Positions 1 through 9,082 of a stretch of 64,000 nucleotides of DNA are shown piece by piece. The DNA is taken from contig OY843584.1 of assembly GCA_963692915.1 (NCBI GenBank), positions 352,001 to 416,000 on the forward strand, in the 5' to 3' direction. Position numbers and translations under genes: made by a program. Within the stretch, counting starts at the first letter, position 1. Every line of letters begins with the position of its first letter. This stretch comes from Cenarchaeum sp. GTDB taxonomy: Archaea; Thermoproteota; Nitrososphaeria; Nitrososphaerales; Nitrosopumilaceae. Under the pieces are notes generated by a model. It saw nothing but the letters and a program-made list of their open reading frames with translations, was not told where the DNA came from and did no database searches.

Positions 1-399
1 GCGGGCACGGGTGGAGACATGTGGGACTTTAACGCCTGCGTCCCACATCCGCGTACTGTGACTGCCCCTAGTGCGGCAAGGGCTCGCCGCACCCTGGCGT
101 CCCTGACTGGGTCCTGTGTCCCTAAAGCAGCTGACGGTGGCGCATTGTGGTCCTGGCAATGCTCGCCGCCTCCTAGAGCCTGGCGCCTTTAGACTGCGTC
201 ATGACATGCCCTGGCACCATGATCCAACCCTGTCGACCCTGGCAGGACGCATGCGGGTTTCGCGCGCGCACGAGGCCTTGCCATGCCGGACGGATCGGCG
301 GTATTGCGCCTGTCTGGCAAAAAAGCGCCCGACGTGGTGGCCTTGCGTACCCGCATGAGCTGGAAAGGGATTAATACGCCATGCCCGTGTGCCGGACGC

Positions 400-915
400 A
401 TGGCGCCTGTCTATGAGGATCCCTTCATCAAGATCGCCACGATGATAGGCGGCGACGAGTACCACAAGGTTGCCCGTTCGCTCCTAAAGTCAATCGACGC
501 GACTGACGAGGAGATTGCGAGCTCGACTGGCCTGAGAATAAACCTCGTTCGCAAGATACTCTATGACCTCTTTGGCAAGTCGCTCATAAGCGGCGTGCGC
601 GTCAAGGACGAAAAGAAGGGCTGGTTTGTCTACCGCTGGCGCTCGAGGCGCGAGGAGGTCGAGGGATTCATCGAGAACCAAAAGAAAAAGATAGTCGACC
701 GGCTCGAGCACCGACTCTCATACGAGAGCGGATCCGAGTTTTACCACTGTGGCAACGAGGACTGTCGCAGGGTGACCTTTGAGGATGCGCTGGAGGCCAT
801 GTTCAAGTGCCCCTCGTGCGCCAAGATACTCGAGTCCAAGGACAACGAGCGCGTGAAACGATCCCTTGGCTCAAAGATTGAGGAGATAAAGGGCGACATG
901 CAGCGCACATTCTAG
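400..915 (+). CDS. tfe: Transcription factor E (TFE alpha)
   Basis: wHTH (TDEEIA...G+RIN.VRK.LYDL...GW.VY.W) plus Zn ribbon CGNEDC...F.CP.C; start moved to ATG 400, downstream of TTAATA. Confidence 0.93.
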   Translation: MAPVYEDPFIKIATMIGGDEYHKVARSLLKSIDATDEEIASSTGLRINLVRKILYDLFGKSLISGVRVKDEKKGWFVYRWRSRREEVEGFIENQKKKIVDRLEHRLSYESGSEFYHCGNEDCRRVTFEDALEAMFKCPSCAKILESKDNERVKRSLGSKIEEIKGDMQRTF

Positions 916-938
916 CGCATGGCGGCTTTAAGTTTATT

Positions 939-1052
939 ATGTCCAACTTGCCTTCTCGTGTGGTGATGAAGGGATTTGGCTGGTGGATCGCAATGATCGC
1001 AGGAGCGGCCATCACGTACTATGGCGCCTCGATTCTCCTGCCGTGGAAGTAG
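939..1052 (+). CDS. Small single-TM membrane protein (37 aa; alternative start 966)
   Basis: Own translation MSNLPSRVVMKGFGWWIAMIAGAAITYYGASILLPWK*; fills the intergenic gap after a TTTAAG box; below the ORF-track size cutoff. Confidence 0.6.
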   Translation: MSNLPSRVVMKGFGWWIAMIAGAAITYYGASILLPWK

Positions 1053-1115
1053 GCTCGTGCGCATGAGCCCCACGGTGCTCATCAGAAACCATTATTAGCA
1101 AACGCCTGCAGCGCC

Positions 1116-1469
1116 GTGTCGATGAGGGTCTTTGACGGACGCAAGGCAGCTGACGACTATATGTCGGCGCATACGCTGGCCTTCTCGACTCCAGAGCTCA
1201 CGCTCAAGCGGTTTGCCTTTTGGCTTGCCGACATGGTGCCGGATCCCGCCGGCGGCGAAGGCAGCGTTCCGCGAATCGACACGTTCGTAGAGGAGAAGGA
1301 CTTTGAGCCCGTCAGGGTAGTTGATGACGACAAGTACACGCCGTCTGGCGCGGTTCTTGCGTCCTCAATGTATGGTGACCCGTCTGCCTCTGCAAAGTTT
1401 TGCGCCGAGTGCGGCTCCAAGGTTTCTGATGGCGCAAAGTTTTGCGCCACGTGCGGAACTGCAGCCTAA
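1116..1469 (+). CDS. C-terminal zinc-ribbon domain protein
   Basis: KFCAECG...AKFCATCG at the C-terminus. Confidence 0.8.
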   Translation: MSMRVFDGRKAADDYMSAHTLAFSTPELTLKRFAFWLADMVPDPAGGEGSVPRIDTFVEEKDFEPVRVVDDDKYTPSGAVLASSMYGDPSASAKFCAECGSKVSDGAKFCATCGTAA

Positions 1470-2017
1470 GGCGAGAGGCTAGAGCCGCAGCCCGTGCAAA
1501 ACTTTGCACCCTGCCTTGTCTCCTTGCCACATGTCCCGCACCTGTCCTGAAGACTTGCGACTAGTGCGGGATCCGGTGTCGGCAACGTGCCCGGCGAGGA
1601 GAATGCCTCGCCAGTAGACACAATGCTAGGCGGCGCACCGCCGACGGGGTTTGATGCGGTTCCGGCTCTTCCGGCCATTCCCATTCCTGCCATGCCGGGT
1701 GGCATTCCGGGCTGCATGCCGCCGGGCTGCATTCCGCCCGGCATTATGCGCTGGGGTCCGCCGCCCTGACCTGCGCTGGCTCCGCGGTCTAGGGCCTTTT
1801 TGAGCTCAAACATCGCCTTTATCGAGAGGAACTCTAGTGCCGAGCACGCAACAAGATAGTCGCCCATCTTGCCAAAGAACTCGCGCTCCTCCATCTTGCC
1901 GGCCTTGTATAGCGTGTTGGCATCGAGGAACGACTCGTAATATCCCTGCGACTCGTTGAGCAGGTTGTCGAGTTTCTCGAAAAGCATATTGAGCGTGTCG
2001 ACTTCGCCGTACGACAT
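1466..2017 (-). CDS. Zinc-ribbon protein with helical N-domain and Gly/Met/Pro-rich linker
   Basis: MSYGEVD... start at ATG 2017; GMQP repeats; C-terminal CGTCG...AKFCTGCG. Confidence 0.8.
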   Translation of the reverse strand: MSYGEVDTLNMLFEKLDNLLNESQGYYESFLDANTLYKAGKMEEREFFGKMGDYLVACSALEFLSIKAMFELKKALDRGASAGQGGGPQRIMPGGMQPGGMQPGMPPGMAGMGMAGRAGTASNPVGGAPPSIVSTGEAFSSPGTLPTPDPALVASLQDRCGTCGKETRQGAKFCTGCGSSLSP

Positions 2018-2212
2018 GGCGCTCGGCTGCCGTGCTGCCGTATTAATACCTAGTCTAGGGTGGCGCCCTCGGGGAGACGCCGTGGCAGGACATGGCCGCC
2101 GCAGACTGCGCATGGGCGACCAGACCCGCAATCTCGCATGGTGTGTGCTCAGGACGGCAAACGGCAGTGTGTGAGCCGGATGGTGGATGGTTCGCGCGCT
2201 GTGCGTATGGCG

Positions 2213-2542
2213 CTATTGCGCGATCGCCGTGTCGATCGTCGACTTTAGCGCGTCCTTTGAGGCCGCACCGACCTGCTGAGTGAGGACCTTGCCGTCCTTG
2301 AACAGGACCATCGTCGGTATGCTAAAGACATTGTACTTTGAGGCGATATCGCCGGCCTTGTCCACGTTGACCTTGACAAACTTTACCGTCCCGTCGTACT
2401 CGCCGGAGAGCTCGTCGACGACCGGCCCGACCATCCTGCACGGGCCGCACCACTCTGCCCAAAAGTCCACAAAGACTGGCACGGGTGACTTTAGAACCTC
2501 GGTCTCCCATGCCCCTGCCTCATCCACGTGGGTGACTCCCAT
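2213..2542 (-). CDS. trxA: Thioredoxin
   Basis: VDFWAEWCGPC motif, 109 aa. Confidence 0.97.
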   Translation of the reverse strand: MGVTHVDEAGAWETEVLKSPVPVFVDFWAEWCGPCRMVGPVVDELSGEYDGTVKFVKVNVDKAGDIASKYNVFSIPTMVLFKDGKVLTQQVGAASKDALKSTIDTAIAQ

Positions 2543-2659
2543 GGCAGAAAGGCCAAATGTGCGGGGCTAAATACCTTGCAGTCATTGCAGCCGCGTGCTG
2601 CCCTGCTGGTCTGCTCGCGCAGAATATACTTAAATGCGGCAAGGGATCGCCGTGGAGCC

Positions 2660-3445
2660 ATGAGCACCGACCAGCGGCTCAAAAAGCTGCGCGGCTCTGG
2701 CGGGTTTGTCATGGCGACGATCGGTGATGACCTTCAGCAAAAGGGCAACCTTGGCGGCCCTGACCTCTTCCTGGCGCCCATCGGGCGCCTGCCCGAGGCA
2801 TCCGTCTCGTCATACCATTGCAACGCGTGCGAAAAGGCGTACGAGGGCTGCCCGCGCATAGAGCACGAGGCGCCAAACGAGACGGTCTCGGATAACCTTG
2901 TGCTCGCCGAGAGGGGACAGTATGTCTGCACGGCATGCGAGTCGCCGATCGCCGAGTATCGCGTGTTCCACAAGCCCGACGAGGGCGCCGACGCGGGCCT
3001 TGCACGGCCGATGACGCCCGATGTGGCATCGCCAAATGTTGCACCACCGCCGACGTTTGCGATTCCAGATGCGCAGGACGTGATGGCAGCCGCGGACATG
3101 GTCATGGCGCCTCCTGGCGGCGATCCTCCCGCCGCCGCACCGACGCCGGGTGACATTAGCGCCATTGTCGGAATGCCCGTGTATGACGAGCGCGCGATGA
3201 TGGTAGGCACCGCCAGGCAGGTTGGCGTGGACTCGGCGTCAGGCTCGCTCGTTCTAGCCGTCGAGGCGCCTGACGGCTCGCTCTCAAACGTGCCGTGGAG
3301 CCGCGTCGGCACGGTCGGCGAAATTATTCTCCTGGGCACAGCGAACTCGCAGGCTGCCGCACCTGCCGCAGGCTCGTGCTCATCGTGCGGCTTTGCCAAC
3401 AAGGCAGCCTCAAAGTTCTGCGAGCAGTGCGGCAAGGCCATCTAG
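2660..3445 (+). CDS. Zinc-ribbon / PRC-barrel domain protein
   Basis: N-terminal CxxC pairs, PRC-like IVGMPVYDERAMMVG...VGEIILL, C-terminal CSSCG...KFCEQCG. Confidence 0.75.
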   Translation: MSTDQRLKKLRGSGGFVMATIGDDLQQKGNLGGPDLFLAPIGRLPEASVSSYHCNACEKAYEGCPRIEHEAPNETVSDNLVLAERGQYVCTACESPIAEYRVFHKPDEGADAGLARPMTPDVASPNVAPPPTFAIPDAQDVMAAADMVMAPPGGDPPAAAPTPGDISAIVGMPVYDERAMMVGTARQVGVDSASGSLVLAVEAPDGSLSNVPWSRVGTVGEIILLGTANSQAAAPAAGSCSSCGFANKAASKFCEQCGKAI

Positions 3446-3502
3446 GGAACCGCAGGCCCCCTAGCAATGTTTATGTTGTGAGCGTAGAGTCGTGCGGCAT
3501 CG

Positions 3503-4405
3503 ATGGCAAGAAACAAGCTCGTCATGGAGCTCGCAGTCGCCGGAGCGATGCTCCTTGTGGGGTGGCTCATCATGTACATGGTGTTTGGAACTCCCTACCC
3601 GTTCTATGTCGTGGCCAGCGGCAGCATGGTTCCGGCACTCGAGGTGAACGACATACTTCTCGTCCAGGGCCATGACCCCATAGAGAACGTCCTAGTTGGC
3701 GATATCATAGTGTTTGACAGGCCAGACGGGGCAGACAAGGTCATAGTCCACAGGGTCGTCGAGGTGATATCCGAGGAGCCGCGCATCTTGCGCACGCGCG
3801 GGGACGCAAACCAGATATCGATACCGGGAACGGACTTTCCAATAACGGCTGATGACTATATCGGCAAGGTCCTGCATGCGGTGCCAAAGGTAGGCTATGT
3901 CACAAAGGCACTCGCGCCACCGGTCAACTATATCCTGATTGCGATAATCATCGGCTTTATGGCCTACAAGCACGTGCGCGCATCACGCTCGCCGGCCGGA
4001 CCTGAACCGGACAGCGACGTTGGAAACCTCGATGACGTGCCGCGCGACGGCGAGTATTCTGCCGGCGGGGACTCTGTTGCGCCGGGACTCGAGCCGGCCA
4101 ACGCGCCGCCTCGCGATGCGCCACCGGTGCCAGATAACCCATATGTCGAGCGCGACGAAACGCACGCCAAAACGCACACGCCTCCTGATGCGCCACCTGT
4201 TCCTGACCACTATGGTGCACTTGGCCTCGGCAGGTCGGCCTCGATGCCAGAGATTCGCGCGAGATACGAGGAGCTGGCCGCGCAATGGGCCGGCAGCACC
4301 GGTGATGAGGCGCTAATCGCGAGGATAACTAGGGCATATGAAATTCTCTCAGACCCCGAGATGCGTCACAGGTACGACGAGTCACTCGGGCCGGCCGGCC
4401 GCTAG
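3503..4405 (+). CDS. Signal peptidase I (archaeal S26) with C-terminal degenerate J-domain
   Basis: N-terminal TM, VASGSMVPAL, GDIIVF, IVHRV, TRGDAN, second TM; C-terminal HYGALGL...RAYEILSDPEMRHRYD. Confidence 0.88.
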   Translation: MARNKLVMELAVAGAMLLVGWLIMYMVFGTPYPFYVVASGSMVPALEVNDILLVQGHDPIENVLVGDIIVFDRPDGADKVIVHRVVEVISEEPRILRTRGDANQISIPGTDFPITADDYIGKVLHAVPKVGYVTKALAPPVNYILIAIIIGFMAYKHVRASRSPAGPEPDSDVGNLDDVPRDGEYSAGGDSVAPGLEPANAPPRDAPPVPDNPYVERDETHAKTHTPPDAPPVPDHYGALGLGRSASMPEIRARYEELAAQWAGSTGDEALIARITRAYEILSDPEMRHRYDESLGPAGR

Positions 4406-5941
4406 GGGTATCTTGAAGACGCGCTTGAAATACTCTGAATTCTCTGGTGCCTCCTCGGCGCCATCATGCACGCCGGCGAGGTTCTTGGCAAGACCCTTCT
4501 TGTAGCCAAGCTGCATCTGCCGGGCGATCTGTATGCGCTGGGCCTGCGGCGAGCCGGCCCCGTGCATGGACTCGGTCAGGTAACCGACGGCGTTGCGCCC
4601 GAGCGTCATGTTCTCTATGAGGCGCAGTATCCTCATGCGGCTCTCGACGTCGACGCCCCTGCGGCCGGTGAGATACTTTTTCAGGAGCGGGCCGGTCTCC
4701 GGATCCCTAAAGTCCATCTCGGAGGGAAGCGTGACGACTAGGCCGCCGGCTATGTCCTGCGCGAGGCGCGATATCTCGTAGGGAAAGCGCGTCACGTTGT
4801 GCTTGCAGACCTGCGCTAGCATGTCGTCGTTGAGCCAGACGCCCGAGTCCATCCTGTGCGCCTGGTACGACGAGGCGATTCCGGCAGCATATATCGACTC
4901 GTTGAGGTGTGTCATCTCGACGAGCTTGTCCTTTATGTGCGAGACCTTTGGCACGCCGTTATAGTCGGCGATCGTGGCAGCGGCCCCTATCATTACGTCG
5001 CCGAGGCCAGTCTTGCAGACATAGCTGCGGCGGTGATAGCACGTAAAGCGCTCGACTAGCATTGCGGCAAACTCGTGCTCGCCGTCCATAAAGATGCGCT
5101 CCCACGGTATAAAGACGCGATCCAGCAGTATGAGGGCCTCCTGGCCGGCAAACTTTGCGTTTCCGGCGTCAATGTCGCCCTCCTCCATGCTGCGCGTGTC
5201 GCATGACTGCCTGCCATAGATGTACGTGACGCCCTTTGCATCCACGGGAATTGCGCCGACTATGGCGTATTCCCTGTCGGCCTCGCCGAGGCGCATGGTC
5301 GGCATCACAATTATCCAGTGGGAGTTTATGCAGCCCGTCTGGTGGGCCTTTGCGCCGGTGACATAGACGCCACGCTCGTCGCGCTCCACAACGTGGACAA
5401 AGACGTCAGGGTCGTCCTGCTCGGATGGCGCCTTTGCGCGATCGCCCTTTGGGTCAGTCATCGCCCCGCCGATGACGAGGTTCTCCTCCTGGACCATCGT
5501 GATGAACTTGAGGAGGCGCTCGTGGTACTTTGTGCCGTGCGCCGTGTCGATCTCGTGCGTTGTCGAGTGGAGCGAGTTTAGCGCGTCCATGCCGACGCAG
5601 CGCTGAAAGCACGTGCCGGTGAGCTGCCCAAGCTTGCGCTGCATCTTGTTCTGCAGGACGAGGTCCTCGGCGTTCTCGGCTATGTGGAGGAACCTGTTGA
5701 CGCGCCTGCCAGATATTGACGAGTCCGCCGAGGCAAGCTCCTCCTCGCGCACGGCGAGGTCGTACGTCTCGGCGACTGCGTTGATGGACGGTCGTATCAT
5801 GGGGTGGTCAACTGGCTCCTCGACGCGCTTGCCCATGAGAAATACGCGCAATCCCCTGCCGCGTAGGCTCTGGATGTACTCCTCGCCCGTCCTGATCGGA
5901 ACTACGCTCTGCACGCCACTCTTGCCCACTGTCACCGGCAT
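4382..5941 (-). CDS. hcd: 4-hydroxybutyryl-CoA dehydratase (3HP/4HB cycle); true start possibly GTG 5914
   Basis: GTCFQRCVGMD, AMTDPKGDR, HRRSYVCK, ESMHGAGSPQAQ motifs. Confidence 0.95.
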   Translation of the reverse strand: MPVTVGKSGVQSVVPIRTGEEYIQSLRGRGLRVFLMGKRVEEPVDHPMIRPSINAVAETYDLAVREEELASADSSISGRRVNRFLHIAENAEDLVLQNKMQRKLGQLTGTCFQRCVGMDALNSLHSTTHEIDTAHGTKYHERLLKFITMVQEENLVIGGAMTDPKGDRAKAPSEQDDPDVFVHVVERDERGVYVTGAKAHQTGCINSHWIIVMPTMRLGEADREYAIVGAIPVDAKGVTYIYGRQSCDTRSMEEGDIDAGNAKFAGQEALILLDRVFIPWERIFMDGEHEFAAMLVERFTCYHRRSYVCKTGLGDVMIGAAATIADYNGVPKVSHIKDKLVEMTHLNESIYAAGIASSYQAHRMDSGVWLNDDMLAQVCKHNVTRFPYEISRLAQDIAGGLVVTLPSEMDFRDPETGPLLKKYLTGRRGVDVESRMRILRLIENMTLGRNAVGYLTESMHGAGSPQAQRIQIARQMQLGYKKGLAKNLAGVHDGAEEAPENSEYFKRVFKIPLAAGRPE

Positions 5942-5993
5942 GGCACTAGCGCACCATGGGGTTCTATAAAAATTCTAGACGTGATCGCAAGGA

Positions 5994-8123
5994 TCATGCG
6001 GCATGGGACACGCCCGCGCCCTCACTTTGGAGGCCTATGCGCACGTCAAGGACGCGGCAGCCGCGCCCGCGGCCCATGACCATGACGGGGTTTAGGTCCA
6101 GCTCGCGAATCTCGGGCAGGTCAGAGACGAGCTGCGAGACTCGCTGAATGCACTCGGCTAGGGCCGCCTTGTCCGAGGCCTCCTCGCCTCGTACGCCATC
6201 GAGCAGGCGGGCAGTCTTTATCGACGATATCATCGAGCGGGCCTCGCGGCTCGATATGGGCGCGATGCCAAAGACGACGTCCTTTAGAACCTCCACGTAT
6301 ATGCCGCCGGCGCCGAGCATGACTGCCTGTCCGACGTTTGGCTCGAGCTTTGAGCCGATGATCATCTCCCTGCCGCCCTTGACCATCTCCACTACGAGAA
6401 CTCCGTTGACCTGTGCGCGCCGGTCGTACTTTTTGGCATTCCTCACAATCTCGGTATATGCAGAACGCACGGCCGAATCGCCATCAACATTGACCTTTAC
6501 GCCACCGGCATCAGACTTGTGCGTTATCTGCGGTGATGCCACCTTTAGGACGACGGGATATCCTATCTTCCTGGCCACCTTTACGGCCTCGGCAGCCGAG
6601 CGCGCAAGGGCAGACTGCGGCAGCGGCAGGCCGTACGCACGGAGTATCTCAATGCCCTCTTCCTCTAGGAGTGACCTCCTGCCCTCGCGCACGGCTCCCT
6701 CGACTATTGCCCTCGCGCGTGACGCACTCGCCCTGAACCTCTTCACGCTACCCTTGGACTCGCGCGTCGAGGCCGCAAAGCGCAGCATCACGCCGAGTGT
6801 CCTGATCGCCGCCTCTGCATATGGATAGTGCGGAACCCCACCGTCGGCAAGTATCTGACGGTTTGTGATCCCCTCGTCTATGCCCATGAGGCTTGCAAGT
6901 ACTGTCTTTTTGTGTTTTTTTGACATTTCGACTATTACGCGGGCAAGGCCGTCATAGTCAAGCGTGGCTGACGGCGTGCACATTGCAATGACTGAGCCGA
7001 CGTTGCGGTGAGCCAGGACAACGTCGAGGACTCCCCTAAACCTCGAATAGTCGGCATCGCCGACAATGTCGACAGGGTTGCGCGAGCTGCCCCATGGGGG
7101 AATGACTGCGTCTATTGCGGGCCTGGCCGAGGTGATGTCGGCCATGCGTATGCCGAGGCGCGAGCACGCATCAGTCGATATTATGGCCGGCCCGCCGGCG
7201 TTTGAGACTATTGCGAGATCACCGCGCAGCGGGAGCGGCTGCTTTGAGAATGCAGTCGCATAGTCAAAGAGCTCGCCCATCGTGTCAACGCGTATGGCTC
7301 CGGACTGGCGAAGGAGCGCATCGTACGTCTCATCAGACCCCATGAGCGCACCCGTGTGCGACATTGCGGCCTTTGCGCCCTCGGGACTGCGTCCTGCCTT
7401 TAGCACAAGAACCGGCTTTTTGAGCTTTTTAGTTATGTGGCCACACACGCGCATAAACTCGCCGCCATCGCCCATGTCCTCTAGGTACATGACTATGACC
7501 TTCGTCTGGCGGTGCTCGCCGAGCATCTTTAGAACCTCCGTCTCGCTCATCGCCGCCTTGTTGCCCATGCTGACTATGGCCGAAAAGCCGATCCCCTGGG
7601 CGCTAGCGTCCTCGGCGAGCGCTGCGCATATGGCGCCGCTCTGCGAGACGAGCGCGACGCCGCCGGACTTTGGCGTTATCTTTAGGAATGTCGAATTCAT
7701 CATCGTCTTTGGGTCTAGGTTCATCACGCCGAGGCAGTTGGGTCCTATCATTCGTATTCCGTGCCTCTTGGCGATCGCGCCAAGCTCGGCCTCTAGCTTG
7801 GCGCCGGCCTCGTCTACCTCCTTGAATCCTGCAGTTATGACGATCGCGCCACGGACGCCTTTTTTGCCACACTCCTCCATCACAGTCGGCACGATCGTGT
7901 TCCTCGTCACTATGACTGCAAGGTCGACCGGACCGCGCACGTCAAGGACAGACGCATATGCCTTTTTGCCAAAGACTGTCTTGCGCGTTGGGCTTATTGG
8001 GTAGACCTTGCCCCTGTATCCGGAGATTATGTTTGACGTTATTGCGCTGCCGACACTGCCCTTCTTGTCTGATGCGCCGATCACGGCTATTGACCTTGGC
8101 GAGAGAATTACCGAGTCTGCCAT
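5994..8123 (-). CDS. ADP-forming acyl-CoA synthetase, probable 4-hydroxybutyryl-CoA synthetase
   Basis: Fused CoA-binding/ligase/ATP-grasp domains (GPNCLG, SQSGA, SHTGA, HKSDAGGV, ELDLNP); adjacent to the dehydratase as in other thaumarchaea. Confidence 0.88.
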   Translation of the reverse strand: MADSVILSPRSIAVIGASDKKGSVGSAITSNIISGYRGKVYPISPTRKTVFGKKAYASVLDVRGPVDLAVIVTRNTIVPTVMEECGKKGVRGAIVITAGFKEVDEAGAKLEAELGAIAKRHGIRMIGPNCLGVMNLDPKTMMNSTFLKITPKSGGVALVSQSGAICAALAEDASAQGIGFSAIVSMGNKAAMSETEVLKMLGEHRQTKVIVMYLEDMGDGGEFMRVCGHITKKLKKPVLVLKAGRSPEGAKAAMSHTGALMGSDETYDALLRQSGAIRVDTMGELFDYATAFSKQPLPLRGDLAIVSNAGGPAIISTDACSRLGIRMADITSARPAIDAVIPPWGSSRNPVDIVGDADYSRFRGVLDVVLAHRNVGSVIAMCTPSATLDYDGLARVIVEMSKKHKKTVLASLMGIDEGITNRQILADGGVPHYPYAEAAIRTLGVMLRFAASTRESKGSVKRFRASASRARAIVEGAVREGRRSLLEEEGIEILRAYGLPLPQSALARSAAEAVKVARKIGYPVVLKVASPQITHKSDAGGVKVNVDGDSAVRSAYTEIVRNAKKYDRRAQVNGVLVVEMVKGGREMIIGSKLEPNVGQAVMLGAGGIYVEVLKDVVFGIAPISSREARSMISSIKTARLLDGVRGEEASDKAALAECIQRVSQLVSDLPEIRELDLNPVMVMGRGRGCRVLDVRIGLQSEGAGVSHAA

Positions 8124-8183
8124 TGTGTGCGGTGCACGCGAGGCGTGTTGGATAATAAAGGTATGCGCCGGCTCGGGTGGGGC

Positions 8184-9032
8184 CTAGACCCTTGGGATGA
8201 GACCGACACGCGAGCGTGCCGTGAGGGCGACTATGGCGATTATTGATATGGCCAGGACTGTCATCACAACTGCGCCAAACTCTGGCACGACGAGGCACTG
8301 GCTAATCTCAACGTCGACGCTCTTTTTGAAGAGCGTGTTGGTTCCCTGCTGGACGTTTATCATATAGTCGCCGTCCTGCTCCCACTGCGGACACCCAATC
8401 ATGATGTCGGCGCTGAACTGACCTGAGGATGACGGCGTCACCTGCTCGGTGTGAACCTTGTTGCCGTTTGGCGCCTCTACGATTATCGTGATGTCGTTAG
8501 CCCCGGATGTGGTCTTTCCCTGTATCGCGATGACACTGGCGCCAGGCTGCGCGTCGGCCGTGAACTCTAGGCCGGGCGTCATTACCATGCTGCGCTCTCG
8601 TGGAGTTGTGGCAGTTTCGCCTATGAGCGAGGACTTTGAACCGCTGCTAGTGTCCGTCACGCTGCCGTTGGTGACGAGGATGTTGACCGAGAGGTTGTGC
8701 GCCGAGGAGGATGCTGACTGGCTCTGGTTCACGTTTACGGTGTAGATGCCGTCCTGATCCCAGCCGATTATGCCTGCCTTGGCCGTAAACTCAAAGGTGC
8801 CATCAGCGCCTGGATTGTCCTGATCGACATGAACCACGTTGCCCTGCTGTGTCGTGATCTTTACGGTGATGGGGTCAGTCTTTGTCGTTACGCCGTCTAT
8901 CATAATGTCGCTACCGTCACTGGTCGTGACATTGATGCTCATGCCAGTCTGGCCCATTGCCTGTGAGGCTGGAACCATGAGGAGGGTGACTGCGATCAGG
9001 GCGAGTCCGTAAACTTGCGTCTTCATCAGCAC
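8184..9032 (-). CDS. PEFG-CTERM sorting-domain surface protein
   Basis: Signal peptide, two repeated beta-rich domains, C-terminal VVPEFG + TM + basic tail. Confidence 0.9.
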   Translation of the reverse strand: MLMKTQVYGLALIAVTLLMVPASQAMGQTGMSINVTTSDGSDIMIDGVTTKTDPITVKITTQQGNVVHVDQDNPGADGTFEFTAKAGIIGWDQDGIYTVNVNQSQSASSSAHNLSVNILVTNGSVTDTSSGSKSSLIGETATTPRERSMVMTPGLEFTADAQPGASVIAIQGKTTSGANDITIIVEAPNGNKVHTEQVTPSSSGQFSADIMIGCPQWEQDGDYMINVQQGTNTLFKKSVDVEISQCLVVPEFGAVVMTVLAISIIAIVALTARSRVGLIPRV

Positions 9033-9082
9033 GAGACCTCAACCTGTCTATATTTATGTATATTCAGGCGATCCACGCCTAG

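Noticed and set aside
90-245. CRISPR interpretation of the spaced CCTGGC motif
   Set aside because: Shared unit is only 6 bp and there are no cas genes; no CRISPR array seen anywhere in the window
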